The notes below the pieces were generated by a model, which saw nothing but the letters and a program-made list of their open reading frames with translations, was not told where the DNA came from and made no database searches. The position numbers were made by a program, and so were the translations under genes. A stretch of 20,328 bases of DNA from Ginkgo biloba (taxonomy: Eukaryota > Plantae > Ginkgophyta), in contig JANKJI020000002.1 in assembly GCA_024626585.2 (NCBI GenBank), positions 23,988,763 to 24,009,090 on the forward strand, given 5' to 3'. Position 1 is the stretch's first letter; every line of letters begins with the position of its first letter. Below are positions 9,971 to 20,328 of the stretch, in pieces.

Positions 9971-10782
9971 NNNNNNNNNNNNNNNNNNNNNNNNNNNNNN
10001 NNNNNNNNNNNNNNNNNNNNNNNNNNNNNNNNNNNNNNNNNNNNNNNNNNNNNNNNNNNNNNNNNNNNNNNNNNNNNNNNNNNNNNNNNNNNNNNNNNNN
10101 NNNNNNNNNNNNNNNNNNNNNNNNNNNNNNNNNNNNNNNNNNNNNNNNNNNNNNNNNNNNNNNNNNNNNNNNNNNNNNNNNNNNNNNNNNNNNNNNNNNN
10201 NNNNNNNNNNNNNNNNNNNNNNNNNNNNNNNNNNNNNNNNNNNNNNNNNNNNNNNNNNNNNNNNNNNNNNNNNNNNNNNNNNNNNNNNNNNNNNNNNNNN
10301 NNNNNNNNNNNNNNNNNNNNNNNNNNNNNNNNNNNNNNNNNNNNNNNNNNNNNNNNNNNNNNNNNNNNNNNNNNNNNNNNNNNNNNNNNNNNNNNNNNNN
10401 NNNNNNNNNNNNNNNNNNNNNNNNNNNNNNNNNNNNNNNNNNNNNNNNNNNNNNNNNNNNNNNNNNNNNNNNNNNNNNNNNNNNNNNNNNNNNNNNNNNN
10501 NNNNNNNNNNNNNNNNNNNNNNNNNNNNNNNNNNNNNNNNNNNNNNNNNNNNNNNNNNNNNNNNNNNNNNNNNNNNNNNNNNNNNNNNNNNNNNNNNNNN
10601 NNNNNNNNNNNNNNNNNNNNNNNNNNNNNNNNNNNNNNNNNNNNNNNNNNNNNNNNNNNNNNNNNNNNNNNNNNNNNNNNNNNNNNNNNNNNNNNNNNNN
10701 NNNNNNNNNNNNNNNNNNNNNNNNNNNNNNNNNNNNNNNNNNNNNNNNNNNNNNNNNNNNNNNNNNNNNNNNNNNNNNNNNA

Positions 10783-12300
10783 TTTGCCTCTTCAACTTGG
10801 CTGACTTGAGTATCCAGGTCTTATAGAAAGGCCCATTGGGAAAATTGGATATGGGAAAAAGATTAATGTTGTGCTCCACATCTCTCAAAGGAGGAAGCCC
10901 CTTGGGCTTCTTAAAGACATTTGAATAGGAATCCAACAACGCAATAAGATATGGATGATGTTGCTCCTCATTGCTCAATTGCATACTGTATGAACATCCT
11001 ATGGCTTGATGAGGAGTCGGAATTGTTGGGTAGTATCAACAAGTTTTTAGCTTGCTTAGGAGAAACCAATTGAATGTAACCAACTCTGGAACGGAGGCAA
11101 TAAACAATATTGCCCTTTTGTAAAGTATAAGTGTTGGTTCTCCAATCATATGATGTATTTTTATTAAACTAGAAAGGCCTACCCAACAATAAATTGCAAT
11201 AGTCTATGGGGACTACGTTGCGTGCCATCTCATCTATGTAGCTCTACATGGCAAATCAAATTGGGCACGTGGAAACAACTTGACTGCGAGTACAACTTGA
11301 AGTAACCCAACCTAGGGTATATGGAGAAGGANNNNNNNNNNGTGCAAAAAGTTGAATGTCTTAAACAAGCTATGAAGAAACCATGTTATTCATACTCCCA
11401 TTGTTTAGTATGATGGTCACTAGATGCTCCTTCACTTGAGTTATTGCACAAAATGATGCTTGTTTTTGGAAAGAGAGACATATGTACTAGTCAAGGCTAA
11501 AGATCTGTCCACTTGCAACTATGCTTCGATCTCAACTACCTTCTCCCCATCCTAGCACACCAAAAGATTATACTTCTGCAATCCCATATTCTTGGGATTA
11601 GAGTAGCATTCCTCTTTTGTGTGCCCATAGCACTATTTGGTTGTCACAAAATTTGGTCTAATCAATAGGCTTGCGATTCTTCTTCGCATAATCTTGTCAC
11701 CACTCTCCCTTGGAGGTAAAGGAAGAGAAAGTAGGTGCGAAAGAAGAAGAAAAAAGAACCCATGTTTTTCTTTGAGCCACTAAAAGAACTAGACGATCCC
11801 TTAGGTTGAAATGATGTCTTCCTAAGTTTCTTTTCCACCTTCAAGGCAAAATTGTAAGCTTTATCCAAGCTCATAATTGGTATTAGTCCAACTCNNNNNN
11901 NNNNNNNNNNNNNNNNNNNNNNNTCGCCAATGAATTTGAGGGCAGGGGAAAGTGTCCTCACTGTCGTTCACACTAAGCCGAATGCTCAACTTATGGAACT
12001 CATCTATAAAGTCTTGTATGGACTGTCATGTGACTTGGCACAAGTGTTGCTAACGCTTGGTCAATTGCTCCCAATGATCCATGGGATAGAACTTCCTGTG
12101 AATTTGCTCCTTCATCTCTTCCCAAGATGTGATAGGTGTTTTCCTTGCTTTTCTTTTCAGAAGGCAAAGTGATTCCAACCATATGAGAGCATGCTTGGTT
12201 ATCTTGAGCTTAGCGGAAAGATATCCTTGCTTATTCTTAAATCCTTGTGTCTCAAAATACACTTAAAAATAATGGATCCATGCACCCACTCAATCAACGG
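10783..12300 (-). pseudogene. gag-pol remnant (Retrotrans_gag, aspartic protease, RT N-terminal flank)
   Basis: ORF-track pieces 12050-12262, 11662-11961 and 10783-10984, plus manually read protease motifs at ~11170-11420. The catalytic D is replaced by N. Confidence 0.88.
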
Positions 12301-12624
12301 CAATGGCCACATAAAATGGAACCAACTTAATCTTTGTATCTATCTTGATTAATGACCTGGAAGTAGGAGCAAAAGATGTAAACGAAGAGGAACCCCTAGA
12401 AGAAACAATTTTCCATGTAGCCTCAACCTCAACTTGGAGAGAAATAATCTAGTGATTCAATAATTCCACATCCTCCATAGAGAGAATGCTTGGTTGGCAG
12501 GTGCCTTGTTTTTGGCCATGGTAGTTGAAAGCAATACAATAATAACCAAACACTAAAATAGAGGAAGTGAAAAAGATGGATATAGAAAAAATTGGCAATA
12601 GAGAAATTTTAGTACTTGAAGAAG

Positions 12625-12636
12625 GCTCTAGTACCA
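12625..12636 (-). other. Degenerate tRNA-iMet primer-binding site
   Basis: Minus strand CA-AT-TGGTACTAGAGC is a 10/12 match to TGGTATCAGAGC and lies upstream of gag. Confidence 0.8.
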
Positions 12637-12638
12637 AT

Positions 12639-13536
12639 TGGTACGCTGTTGGAGGGTTGATCATTGAGCAACAATCGAATGAGTGCTGAGTGAAAGTGTA
12701 AAAATTTCGAGGCTCACCCAAAACAAGGTTTTGTTGCTGAATGGACTAATCCCATCATAGTTAGATGTTGATACAATCCTCTAGAATGGCCAAGAATTGA
12801 TTATAACTGAAAAAACTCAATTTTCGCTGAGAAATTGAAGTTCAACTGGAAATACATAGTGCACCGTGCCTTTTCTAGCTACGCCTTTACCTTTGCCTAT
12901 GCCACGTTGCGCCTTTCTCCTAATGCATTTGGAGACCCTAAAATTGAACATTCTAGAATCTCTTCTTGATTCAGATACATTCAGAGAATCTAAGGCTTGA
13001 TCCATGAACTCAACAATGTGACAATCTAAGAATCTACTAAGGATGTGCATTACTCTTAAGGTATTACTTAGATTTAGAAAAATGCGATGCAAGTACTCCA
13101 AAGATGCTCTATGTTCTCAATGAATTCGTCACTCATTCTCTTAGAAAAGCACAAGAACCCCAAAGAACTCAAATTGCATGATGGAACAATGAATTCTCAA
13201 TTCTCAACTATACAATTATGAAAATAAAACCCTAATACATAGTTTTATATGAAATGTTACTCGAATAATAGTTAATCAAGAAAACCCTAACTCAATGAAA
13301 GGTGGAGAAAGGATGTGCACCCTTGACCTAATCACAAAATATATTTAATTAAGTAATTATCTAATCTAATAAATAAAAAAATCACATAACAAATAATTAC
13401 TAGCTAAGTACATCATATGGCCTTAGTTATGAAATTATCTNNNNNNNNNNNNNNNNNNNNNNNNNNNNNNNNNNNNNNAAAAAACTATTGATGTTAAGTG
13501 CAGAAATACACACAAATATTGATGCACAACACATCA
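12639..13536 (-). repeat. Long terminal repeat (~0.9 kb including a 38-N gap)
   Basis: The minus strand starts TGATGTG at 13536 and ends TACCA at 12639. It has a TATA-like ATATAAAA (13243-13250) and telo-boxes AAACCCTAA (13227-13235, 13282-13290). It is bounded by a PPT and a PBS. There is no second copy in the window. Confidence 0.65.
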
Positions 13537-13538
13537 AA

Positions 13539-13550
13539 TCCTCCCTCCTT
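13539..13550 (-). other. Polypurine tract preceding the LTR
   Basis: Minus strand GAGGAC..TT-AAGGAGGGAGGA-TT-TGATGT resembles typical Ty3/Gypsy 3' internal ends. Confidence 0.7.
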
Positions 13551-13863
13551 AAGAGGAATGGTCCTCCATTTAGATCAAAGAGGAGATGACAATCCTTTCT
13601 AACATAAGATATATAATCAATATTAGGGAGGGAAGCTCTCCCAATATATATCCTCTAGTGTAACCCATATGCTAAATAATAGAGGAAAAAAATAACCAAT
13701 CAAGGGATCTTTAGAAAGTCCCTTAGTGTGCTAGTGTTAATGAAAGGTAACTCCATGATCCAAGAATGGTCCTATGCCTCCTAACATGAGTGCTCTATTA
13801 AAAAAGGATTGTGTGAATCAAGTTATGGAGTGCTCCATGGCACTAGCTCCTGAGATGGAAAAT

Positions 13864-14020
13864 CAATAGCCTCCTCTTCTACTAAAAGAGTTATTAATGG
13901 CAATGAGTAGTCTTCTCAACTATTGAAATAATTGCTAAAAGTAAGGGAGTAGTCTCCTCAACTATTGAAATAACTTCTAATCGTAAGGGAGTAGTGTCAT
14001 CATTTACTAAAATAGTTGTT
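13864..14020. repeat. 42-bp minisatellite, about 3.5 copies
   Basis: Units start at 13905, 13947 and 13989 (gagtagt..). The first two match at 37/42. A more diverged unit starts at ~13864. Confidence 0.9.
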
Positions 14021-15000
14021 GGAGTTTGTTGGCCACCTTGTTGCTCATGTTCCCTTATCACTACATAAGGTGACGGTGGAGGAGGAGATTAAGATGAAAG
14101 GCTCATGCAAATAATATATGGGGTCAATACTAGGCTTAATTTGTAGAGATGGTAGAGGCAACAATAAGATAAACTATCATGAGCTATTAGTAAGAGTCTA
14201 TCCTTGCTTCAAGTGAAGAAAACTTATAAGAGAAGGTTGTATATATGTAATACCAATCTTTTATAAGTTGTAGCTATTGGTATAGCCATCATAAATAGCA
14301 TATCGGTTGAACTAAAATGGATGACTCAATAACATGTCGTAACAATCCATTTGAACCATGACACAAGTGGCCTCATTGATTTAAGAGTGTATGGTAAAAT
14401 AAACAGTGCAAATTTGTTCACATCATACTATTAACTGACAATGCTAAACCAACCCAAAGTGCATGCAAAAGGGTGTGGTTGGGTAGGTAACTAAAGATCC
14501 ATCACCAGTTATAAAGAAATAAGGTTCTTCATACTACCATTGTTAAGGATCAAGAAAATGAGGCAATGTACTAAACAAAGAGCTTCTCTCTACTTACAAA
14601 AGGTGAAACTATCAAATTGAGGGCTAGAGCTGTATTAACCTTTAATTATCCTTTGATTTCCACCATTCATTCTTCTTTAGCTTTTGGCTATGGANNNNNN
14701 NNNNNNNNNNNNNNNNNNNNNNNNNNNNNNNNNNNNNNNNNNNNNNNNNNNNNNNNNNNNNNNNNNNNNNNNNNNNNNNNNNNNNNNNNNNNNNATTGCT
14801 CATAACATAGAAACACACCAAACCACCAATATCAATTCCAAAGCTGATATATTAGGAAACATTGCTAAATAAGGTCGAAGGAAGAGCAACATTTCACAAA
14901 TAAAATCAATACAAAAATCTGAGTTCAATACATCAAGCATAACAACTCAACATGAGTCTTAACATCATAGAAAATACACTATTACTATAACACATTTGAT

Positions 15001-15381
15001 CTAACTTAGCCCATAGAAGGGCACTATACTACTATAATAATGTGGCACAAAGAGGAAGATAAAAGCGTTGCCGGAAAGAGTGAACTCAATGAAGATAAGT
15101 TCACATGTGAAGCATTGGAGATAATGGGATTTCAAATTTGAATGGAAACAATCCATTGACTGAGTAAGGATGCATGGAACCTTTGCTAGAGTAGAGATTT
15201 GATGTTCTAAGAATAGTGCTGAAATTTCATGTTGAAACCAATTGAGCAAACAAACTGGAATTCAATGCTCTAAAGTCGTGGTAAGCTGCTATAGATTGGA
15301 CATAATCTGATCAAGTTAGAAATTTAATCAAGAGGGAACTAGTCTCTCTTGATTCTTAGGTGAATCACTCCCACTAGACAT
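15001..15381 (-). pseudogene. Decayed ORF of unknown function (~126 codons), probably a retroelement accessory ORF
   Basis: One frame from ATG 15381: MSSGSDSPKNQERLVPS*LNF*LDQIMSNL*QLTTTLEH*IPVCLLNWFQHEISALFLEHQISTLAK... It joins two ORF-track entries in the same frame. Each of the four stops is one C->T from CGA/CAA/CAG. Confidence 0.45.
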
Positions 15382-15517
15382 GCAATCACCAATATCCAAA
15401 AACATCCCCTCCAAATGAATCAATTTTCCCCATATTCCCCAAATTTCACTCCTTTTTGCTTTTTGGCTTTTGGAATCCCAGATTGGGAAAAGTATGCTTT
15501 TTGTGCTTTGGGGACTT

Positions 15518-15927
15518 AGAGCATGGTCCCATGGCGCAGGAAACAGGAAAAGTATTTTCCCCCACCGCTCTTGAATTTTAGGAGCGTTAAGCTCTATTTC
15601 GATCACATATTACACATAGAAATCACAGCGATAGCAGGGACAACGATGCAGTGTTTTTTCAACGAATTATTTTTGCAAAAAAATTGTATTTTAGATGCAT
15701 CACTTGAGGTTGCAAGAGTCGGACGGTGAACAAAACTCTTAAGCCATCGGAGGAAAAGTCTTACCCTAGTATTTCACAGGAAGTTGAAAAAGTTTTTGCG
15801 ATCTATGGTCGCTCTGATTTTTGAGAGAATTTAGCGGCAGCGGAAATACAAGAAACCCATGTGACCCGTTTGCCGGGAGAAATGGATCCCATTCTATCTT
15901 GTTTCCTGGTCCATGGGACCGCTCTCT
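15518..15927. repeat. Inverted pair of a ~31-bp GC-rich motif (arms 15518-15548 and 15897-15927)
   Basis: The reverse complement of 15518-15548 (tcctgtttcctgcgccatgggaccatgctct) matches 15897-15927 at 25/31. Confidence 0.8.
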
Positions 15928-16124
15928 AAGAAGGCATTTGAGTTGAAACCAAGCCTTTCTTCAAACGCAAAAGCAAGAAACTCCAAAACACTACTAAAAT
16001 GACTAAAAACCTACCGAAAATAGTCCAAAAATGCACCAAAAATTAGCTGATCAGAGTCTTGTCTGATAGCCTATCTGGATCAGTTCAACCTTGCATTAAA
16101 AATTTTGCCTTTCTGACAAAGCAT

Positions 16125-16565
16125 TTAATCACCACATGTTTCCTCGTTACTTGAAGTGGCCTTCCTCCATTGTTGATCAGGTAAAGGTTCTTTTCCCTTC
16201 TTCAAATGGCATGTTTGAGCTTTTGAAGACACGTCAACCTCCTTGGATGGTTTGACATTAAAATGTCTTCTCAATCTTTGAAATGCACAAGTTGGAGGAT
16301 CTAGTTTTGGGAAGTTTTGCGCATCAAGTAACTTAGTTAAAGGTCGGGATTTTGTAAGTGCAACGAAATGATGTAGTAGCCTTTAAAATAAAATCTATAA
16401 CAAGATTGCGTTAATCCTCCACAACTTATTGATCTTTGATTCTTATTGGACTAGAACTTCAAACTCAAATACAATACATGCACATTTAAGAAAAGTTACA
16501 CAAAGACCGCCTATCTAAAATGCATGGATAGAATAGAGATTAAATAGCCAATAAACTGCATGCAT
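16125..16565 (-). pseudogene. Decayed ORF of unknown function (146 codons), probably a retroelement accessory ORF
   Basis: One frame from ATG 16565 to TAA 16125, with four TAG/TAA stops in the first 61 codons followed by 85 open codons (RLLHHFVALTKSRPLTKLLDAQNFPKLDPP..KKGKEPLPDQQWRK..). It is absent from the ORF track. Confidence 0.45.
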
Positions 16566-17245
16566 TAAGTGCATTAATTTGAATCCAATGTTATTCCATG
16601 CATTTTGCATTATAATAAGTCAAGCACAATATTAGTTTTAGTTGTTATCATTACTATTCTATTAAATATCCACTGCCTATCCATACATCCATACATATTA
16701 CTAAAAAAATTATGTCCATCCAGTCTTCCCCTCCAACAAAAAAAAATAAATAAATCGAAATAAAATTTCAGATCTATGTTGACCCAGTCATTATTAAAAA
16801 AAAAATAAAAATTGAAATTCTTATCTCAAGAAGGTTTGTTGGGATCAAAAGCTATGGTTTCTATAAACCATGATGTGAGGCAAATGGGGAAGGTCTGAAT
16901 GGATCCCATTAAATACGTGAGTAGAAGACTCGTAAGAGATTTTGGCTCACAACAAAGATGAATGAATGAAGGGGAAAAAAGAGACAATTAAAGATTTACA
17001 ACAATAAACATGAATTTCATTAAATAAAATCTCAAGATTCTCTTCGTAATTTTCCAAATATCCTCACATGCATAAGAAAACTCTTCATTAGTGAGAATGC
17101 TCTCACTTACAATTATCTATGAGACTTTTTAACTCCCAACTTAAANNNNNNNNNNNNNNNNNNNNNNNNNNNNNNNNNNNNNNNNNNNNNNNNNNNNNNN
17201 NNNNNNNNNNNNNNNNNNNNNNNNNNNNNNNNNNNNNNNNNNNNN

Positions 17246-17277
17246 ATCCTATTTCCTGGTCCATGGGACCGCTCTCT
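17246..17277 (+). repeat. Third (direct) copy of the GC-rich motif
   Basis: atcctatttcctggtccatgggaccgctctct matches 15896-15927 at 30/32. Confidence 0.9.
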
Positions 17278-17492
17278 TAGAGTTGCAAAAGTGGCCTTTC
17301 TGTTCCTTTTGGGTTTTAAAGCTAAGCAATTAATTTTGAGGATCCAGAAGAGAGATGCGCCCTTGCTGGAAAAGCTCCAAATCTATTGAATGATAGCTAG
17401 TTATTCAACTCTCTGGTTTTGGGGGTTGCCTTATAATATTCCTACTGAATTTGTAAAATAGGTGCATAACACTACACTTGGGACCCACTATT
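17246..17492 (-). mobile_element. Probable PPT-like site and 5' start of an LTR (Tat/Ogre-like), possibly continuing to ~16780 across the gap
   Basis: Minus strand AATAGTGGGTCCCAAG|TGTAGTG (TG at 17476) resembles the AGTGGGGGC..|TGTAG junction of Tat/Ogre elements. The tract is imperfect and the far LTR end is not demonstrable. Confidence 0.4.
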
Positions 17493-17780
17493 AGTCAATA
17501 ATTGGTAATTTTAGCAAACAAAGGTTCCATTTTGTGACTACATAAACTATACCTTTTTGTTTGTAATAATTGAGTTGTGCTAAAGCTTCATTTAGATTAT
17601 TATGATGTATAGGCCTTTGTTAATTTGTATTTGATGGATGACAAGTGTAAAGTCTCTATGAATTGCTATCCTTGGATTAGAGAACTTTTTGTGAGTATTG
17701 AATTTGTTTATGTGGATGATATGCTTCTGGAAATGTGTCATCTGTGAGGGGTTCGCTAGAGCATTTGATAGGACATAGAG

Positions 17781-18985
17781 TTAATACCATCTTATAAAAT
17801 TTAGTAGCTCTAGGTGTTTAAATGTTCTAATATATGACACCTTCCTCTTCAAGTGTGAATAAATGTGTGGTCATTGAATCCTCCATTCAATGTGGGTACA
17901 TCTTCTTGTTACTATAGCGATCTTGGATTGACTCAGAATAATTGTGCCTCGTAGTCAATAATGGAGGCAAACTTATTCAACTATGGTGATAGTGGATAGT
18001 ATCAACAAGTAATTCCATACTATAAGAATTTGTTGCCATGGATAGTTGAAGAAATTATAAGACCGAAGTCTCTAATAGTTATCTATGTGCGCATTGAACC
18101 ATTTCAAGTTTGATGGAATGTTGACATTGACTCTTTTTGTAGGATTTGTAAATGTGGTCGGAGCACTCACTTATTCCCTTGGGATGTTCCATATGTCAAA
18201 GGTGGTACAAAATAGTCAAGTTAGATCACAAAAGAATGATTTTCACTTGCACACATAACCATTGGTGCGGCACCTATTGACATGGATTCATTAATTCTTA
18301 AGAGATTTAGTTTATGTTAGACAATTTGTTTGCTCTTCCTGTATTTCAATTGTTTTGGGTAGATAAATTTGCTTATCCTCTTCATTGAACAAATTTTGAA
18401 GGGACGAAGCAAGGTTGTAATTACTAGGTATTACTTTTGTATTCAACATCTCTTCAAATTTGTTTGCATAGAAGGTAAAAAGAGATTTCTTGGCAACTAG
18501 GATGTATCTCACAAAGGGTGCTTGTGATTAAAAAATAGTTGATTGTTCATCATAATCTCTTTGCAATTGTTTAATTTCATTGGATCTTGGTACATCTTGA
18601 TAAGCATCTAGGCCATTTACCTAGAGAGGATTTTTATCATAAAGCTTTTTTAAGAGGAATATATATTGGTTGTCATGTCTTTAATTTTTGATATGTTATT
18701 GGCTATCTCGTCATGGTCCATTTGATTTTCCTTTGTTATCTTGATCAAGGTATGAAGTTGTCCCTCTCTAATGACATCATCTTGCTCATACCTTCCTTGC
18801 TTATTTTTATCATTGTATTCCTTGTCTATGGTATCTCTTGATTCTTGCTCTTCTTTATGCTCATATTTAGTGATATGTTCTTTAGGATGATATTCTAGCT
18901 CTTATGAATCTTCTAGTTTAATTTCTTTGAAAGATTCTTTCCCTTCTATTACTATTTCATCACTTTCTTCAAATATGCATATATA
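17781..18985 (-). pseudogene. Unknown-protein coding unit 1 (paralog of 19086-20328)
   Basis: Decayed reading frames give LLKKLYDKNPL, YILVAKKSLFTFYANKFEEMLNTK, IEIQEEQTN, QWLCVQVKIILL, WNIPRE and PSNLKWFNAHIDNY*RLRSYNFFN. Each has a counterpart in unit 2. Confidence 0.7.
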
Positions 18986-19085
18986 NNNNNNNNNNNNNNN
19001 NNNNNNNNNNNNNNNNNNNNNNNNNNNNNNNNNNNNNNNNNNNNNNNNNNNNNNNNNNNNNNNNNNNNNNNNNNNNNNNNNNNNN

Positions 19086-20328
19086 ACAATTAAAACCATC
19101 ATAAGTGCGAAGTCTTTGGTAGGTATCTAGGTGTGTGTTGAACCATTTGAAGTTTGATGGGCCACTGACAATGATCATTTTTGTTGGATCCATAAATTTG
19201 GTTTAGTACTCACACATTCCCATGGGATGTTCCACATGCAACTAAGTGGGAAAGGTTAGCCAAGTTAGATGATAGAAAAACAACTTCAACCAACACACAT
19301 CACCATTGATTGTATACACGTACTAGCATGGATTTGTAAATTCCTTGGATGTGTAGTTGTTCTTGAAATGTTGATTCATGAGCACCTACTAACGTTTGGA
19401 GGCTCTTCTTGAGGTATATTCTTGTTGGCCTTTGTTCTCCTTCTAATTCCTTATAAACACTTGGATAATTTGTTTGCTCTTCCCGCATTTCAATTGACTT
19501 GGATGGACAAATTTACTTATATTGAACACATTCTATAAAACTAAAGCAAGGTTGGATTTACTAGATGTTGCTTTCATGTTCAACATTTCTTTGAATTTAT
19601 TTGTATAGGAGGCAATCAAAGACCTCATAGCAACTAGCATGCACTTAAAAGAAGAGTAGTTGTAATTGGAAATAAATTGTCTTTTCATTATATTCTCTCC
19701 AAAATTTATGTAGTTGTACAATGTCTTCAAATCTTGGAACACCTTGGTGATTACGTCTTTTACCCACAGTGGATTTTTGGCCCAAATTCTTTTTAAGAGG
19801 CCTACATAGTTGCCATATCTTTGATCTCTCACTATGTTATTGACTCTCTCAATTTGATTCTTTTTAGTTGTCTTGATTAAGTTATTAGTTGATTGTCTCT
19901 AGTAACATCATTATGTTGATACCTTTCTTGCTTATTGTTATTATTGTATTCCTTGTAAATGATATCTTTTGATTCTTACTTGTCTTGAAGCATCCCAGAT
20001 TAAGCAATATGATCTTTAGGCTGATCATCTTGCTCTTGTGAATTTACTAATTTGTGGTTAAGTTCTTCGAGAGCATCTTCTTCTTCTTCTTCTAGTACTA
20101 CTATATGTGCATCCTACATTCTCTCGTCCAATTCTTTTTCTTGATTTATGGTTCTACTTCAAACTCCTTTATAAAAGCTATGAATGAATAGTTTTGCCTC
20201 GTGTTGAGATGTGAATTCCTTTTATAGCTCATGTGCTACAAACAATTTCTTTGGATATTTGTCGTAATTATGTATGGGAAGATCTTTGCTTGATTATACA
20301 AATATGTTTTCTTCTTAGCATAAAGTTA
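19086..20328 (-). pseudogene. Unknown-protein coding unit 2 (paralog of 17781-18985), running off the window
   Basis: One frame with scattered stops runs from ~20290 to 19533, then frameshifted pieces follow: LLKRIWAKNPL, CMLVAMRSLIASYTNKFKEMLNMK, IEMREEQTN, QW*CVLVEVVFL, WNIPWE and PSNFKWFNTHLDTYQRLRTYDGFN. Confidence 0.7.

Larger units (their letters stand above)
10782..13536 (-). mobile_element. Degenerate Ty3/Gypsy LTR retrotransposon, CRM-like chromovirus (LTR, PBS, gag, protease, start of RT)
   Basis: Colinear on the minus strand: LTR, PBS, gag (AKLKITKHALIW..PITSWEEMKEQIHRKFYP), decayed Zn knuckle (FCD..GHTKEECY), protease (IILNNGSMNNMVS, PSPYTLGWV, YIDE..VVPIDYCNLLLGRP) and pre-RT (VFKKPKGLPPLRDVEHNINLFP..PN..Y..LKRQ). 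It is cut by the gap at 10781. Confidence 0.9.

Noticed and set aside
13227-13290. AAACCCTAA as an interstitial telomere
   Set aside because: These are only single dispersed units (telo-boxes), common in plant LTRs and promoters, and not a tandem array.
13864-14020. Regularly spaced repeats as a possible CRISPR array
   Set aside because: The units are head-to-tail with no unique spacers, there are no cas genes, and the context is eukaryotic.
14446-14481. Imperfect hairpin aaccaaccc..tgcatgca..gggtgtggtt
   Set aside because: It is short, bulged and low in complexity, so it is compatible with chance.
16854-16871. 7-bp hairpin ATGGTTT-ctat-AAACCAT
   Set aside because: It is AT-rich and isolated, with no supporting context.
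17781-20328. Endogenous caulimovirus or other viral insertion
   Set aside because: I found no movement protein, coat-protein zinc finger, protease, RT or Rep motif. A viral origin is unsupported, though not excluded without a profile search.

Overview
This is a eukaryotic, repeat-dominated window from a fragmented assembly with 11 N-gaps. Five gaps are exactly 100 N and are probably placeholders of unknown size. The retroelement families and the annexin exon point to a land plant; a large-genome lineage such as a gymnosperm is a guess. I find no intact gene. From left to right: (1) a decayed minus-strand L1-type LINE (~239-5302) with APE endonuclease, RT and zf-RVT motifs and nested duplications inside the RT; (2) an isolated 146-bp annexin exon with intact splice sites and two stops (6633-6778, +); (3) a (TC)n tract, a PBS-like site and a short-motif cluster; (4) a G-patch coding remnant (+) abutting the PBS and LTR end of an opposite-strand Copia-like element; (5) a decayed CRM-like Ty3/Gypsy gag-protease-RT start (-) whose LTR has a PBS on one side and a PPT on the other; (6) two small decayed ORFs of unknown type around a GC-rich dispersed/inverted motif; (7) two diverged ~1 kb paralogous coding units of an unrecognised protein just upstream of a probable PPT/LTR start. 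The best candidates for something undescribed are retroelement accessory ORFs, chiefly (7). Nothing here shows an intact, active novel system.
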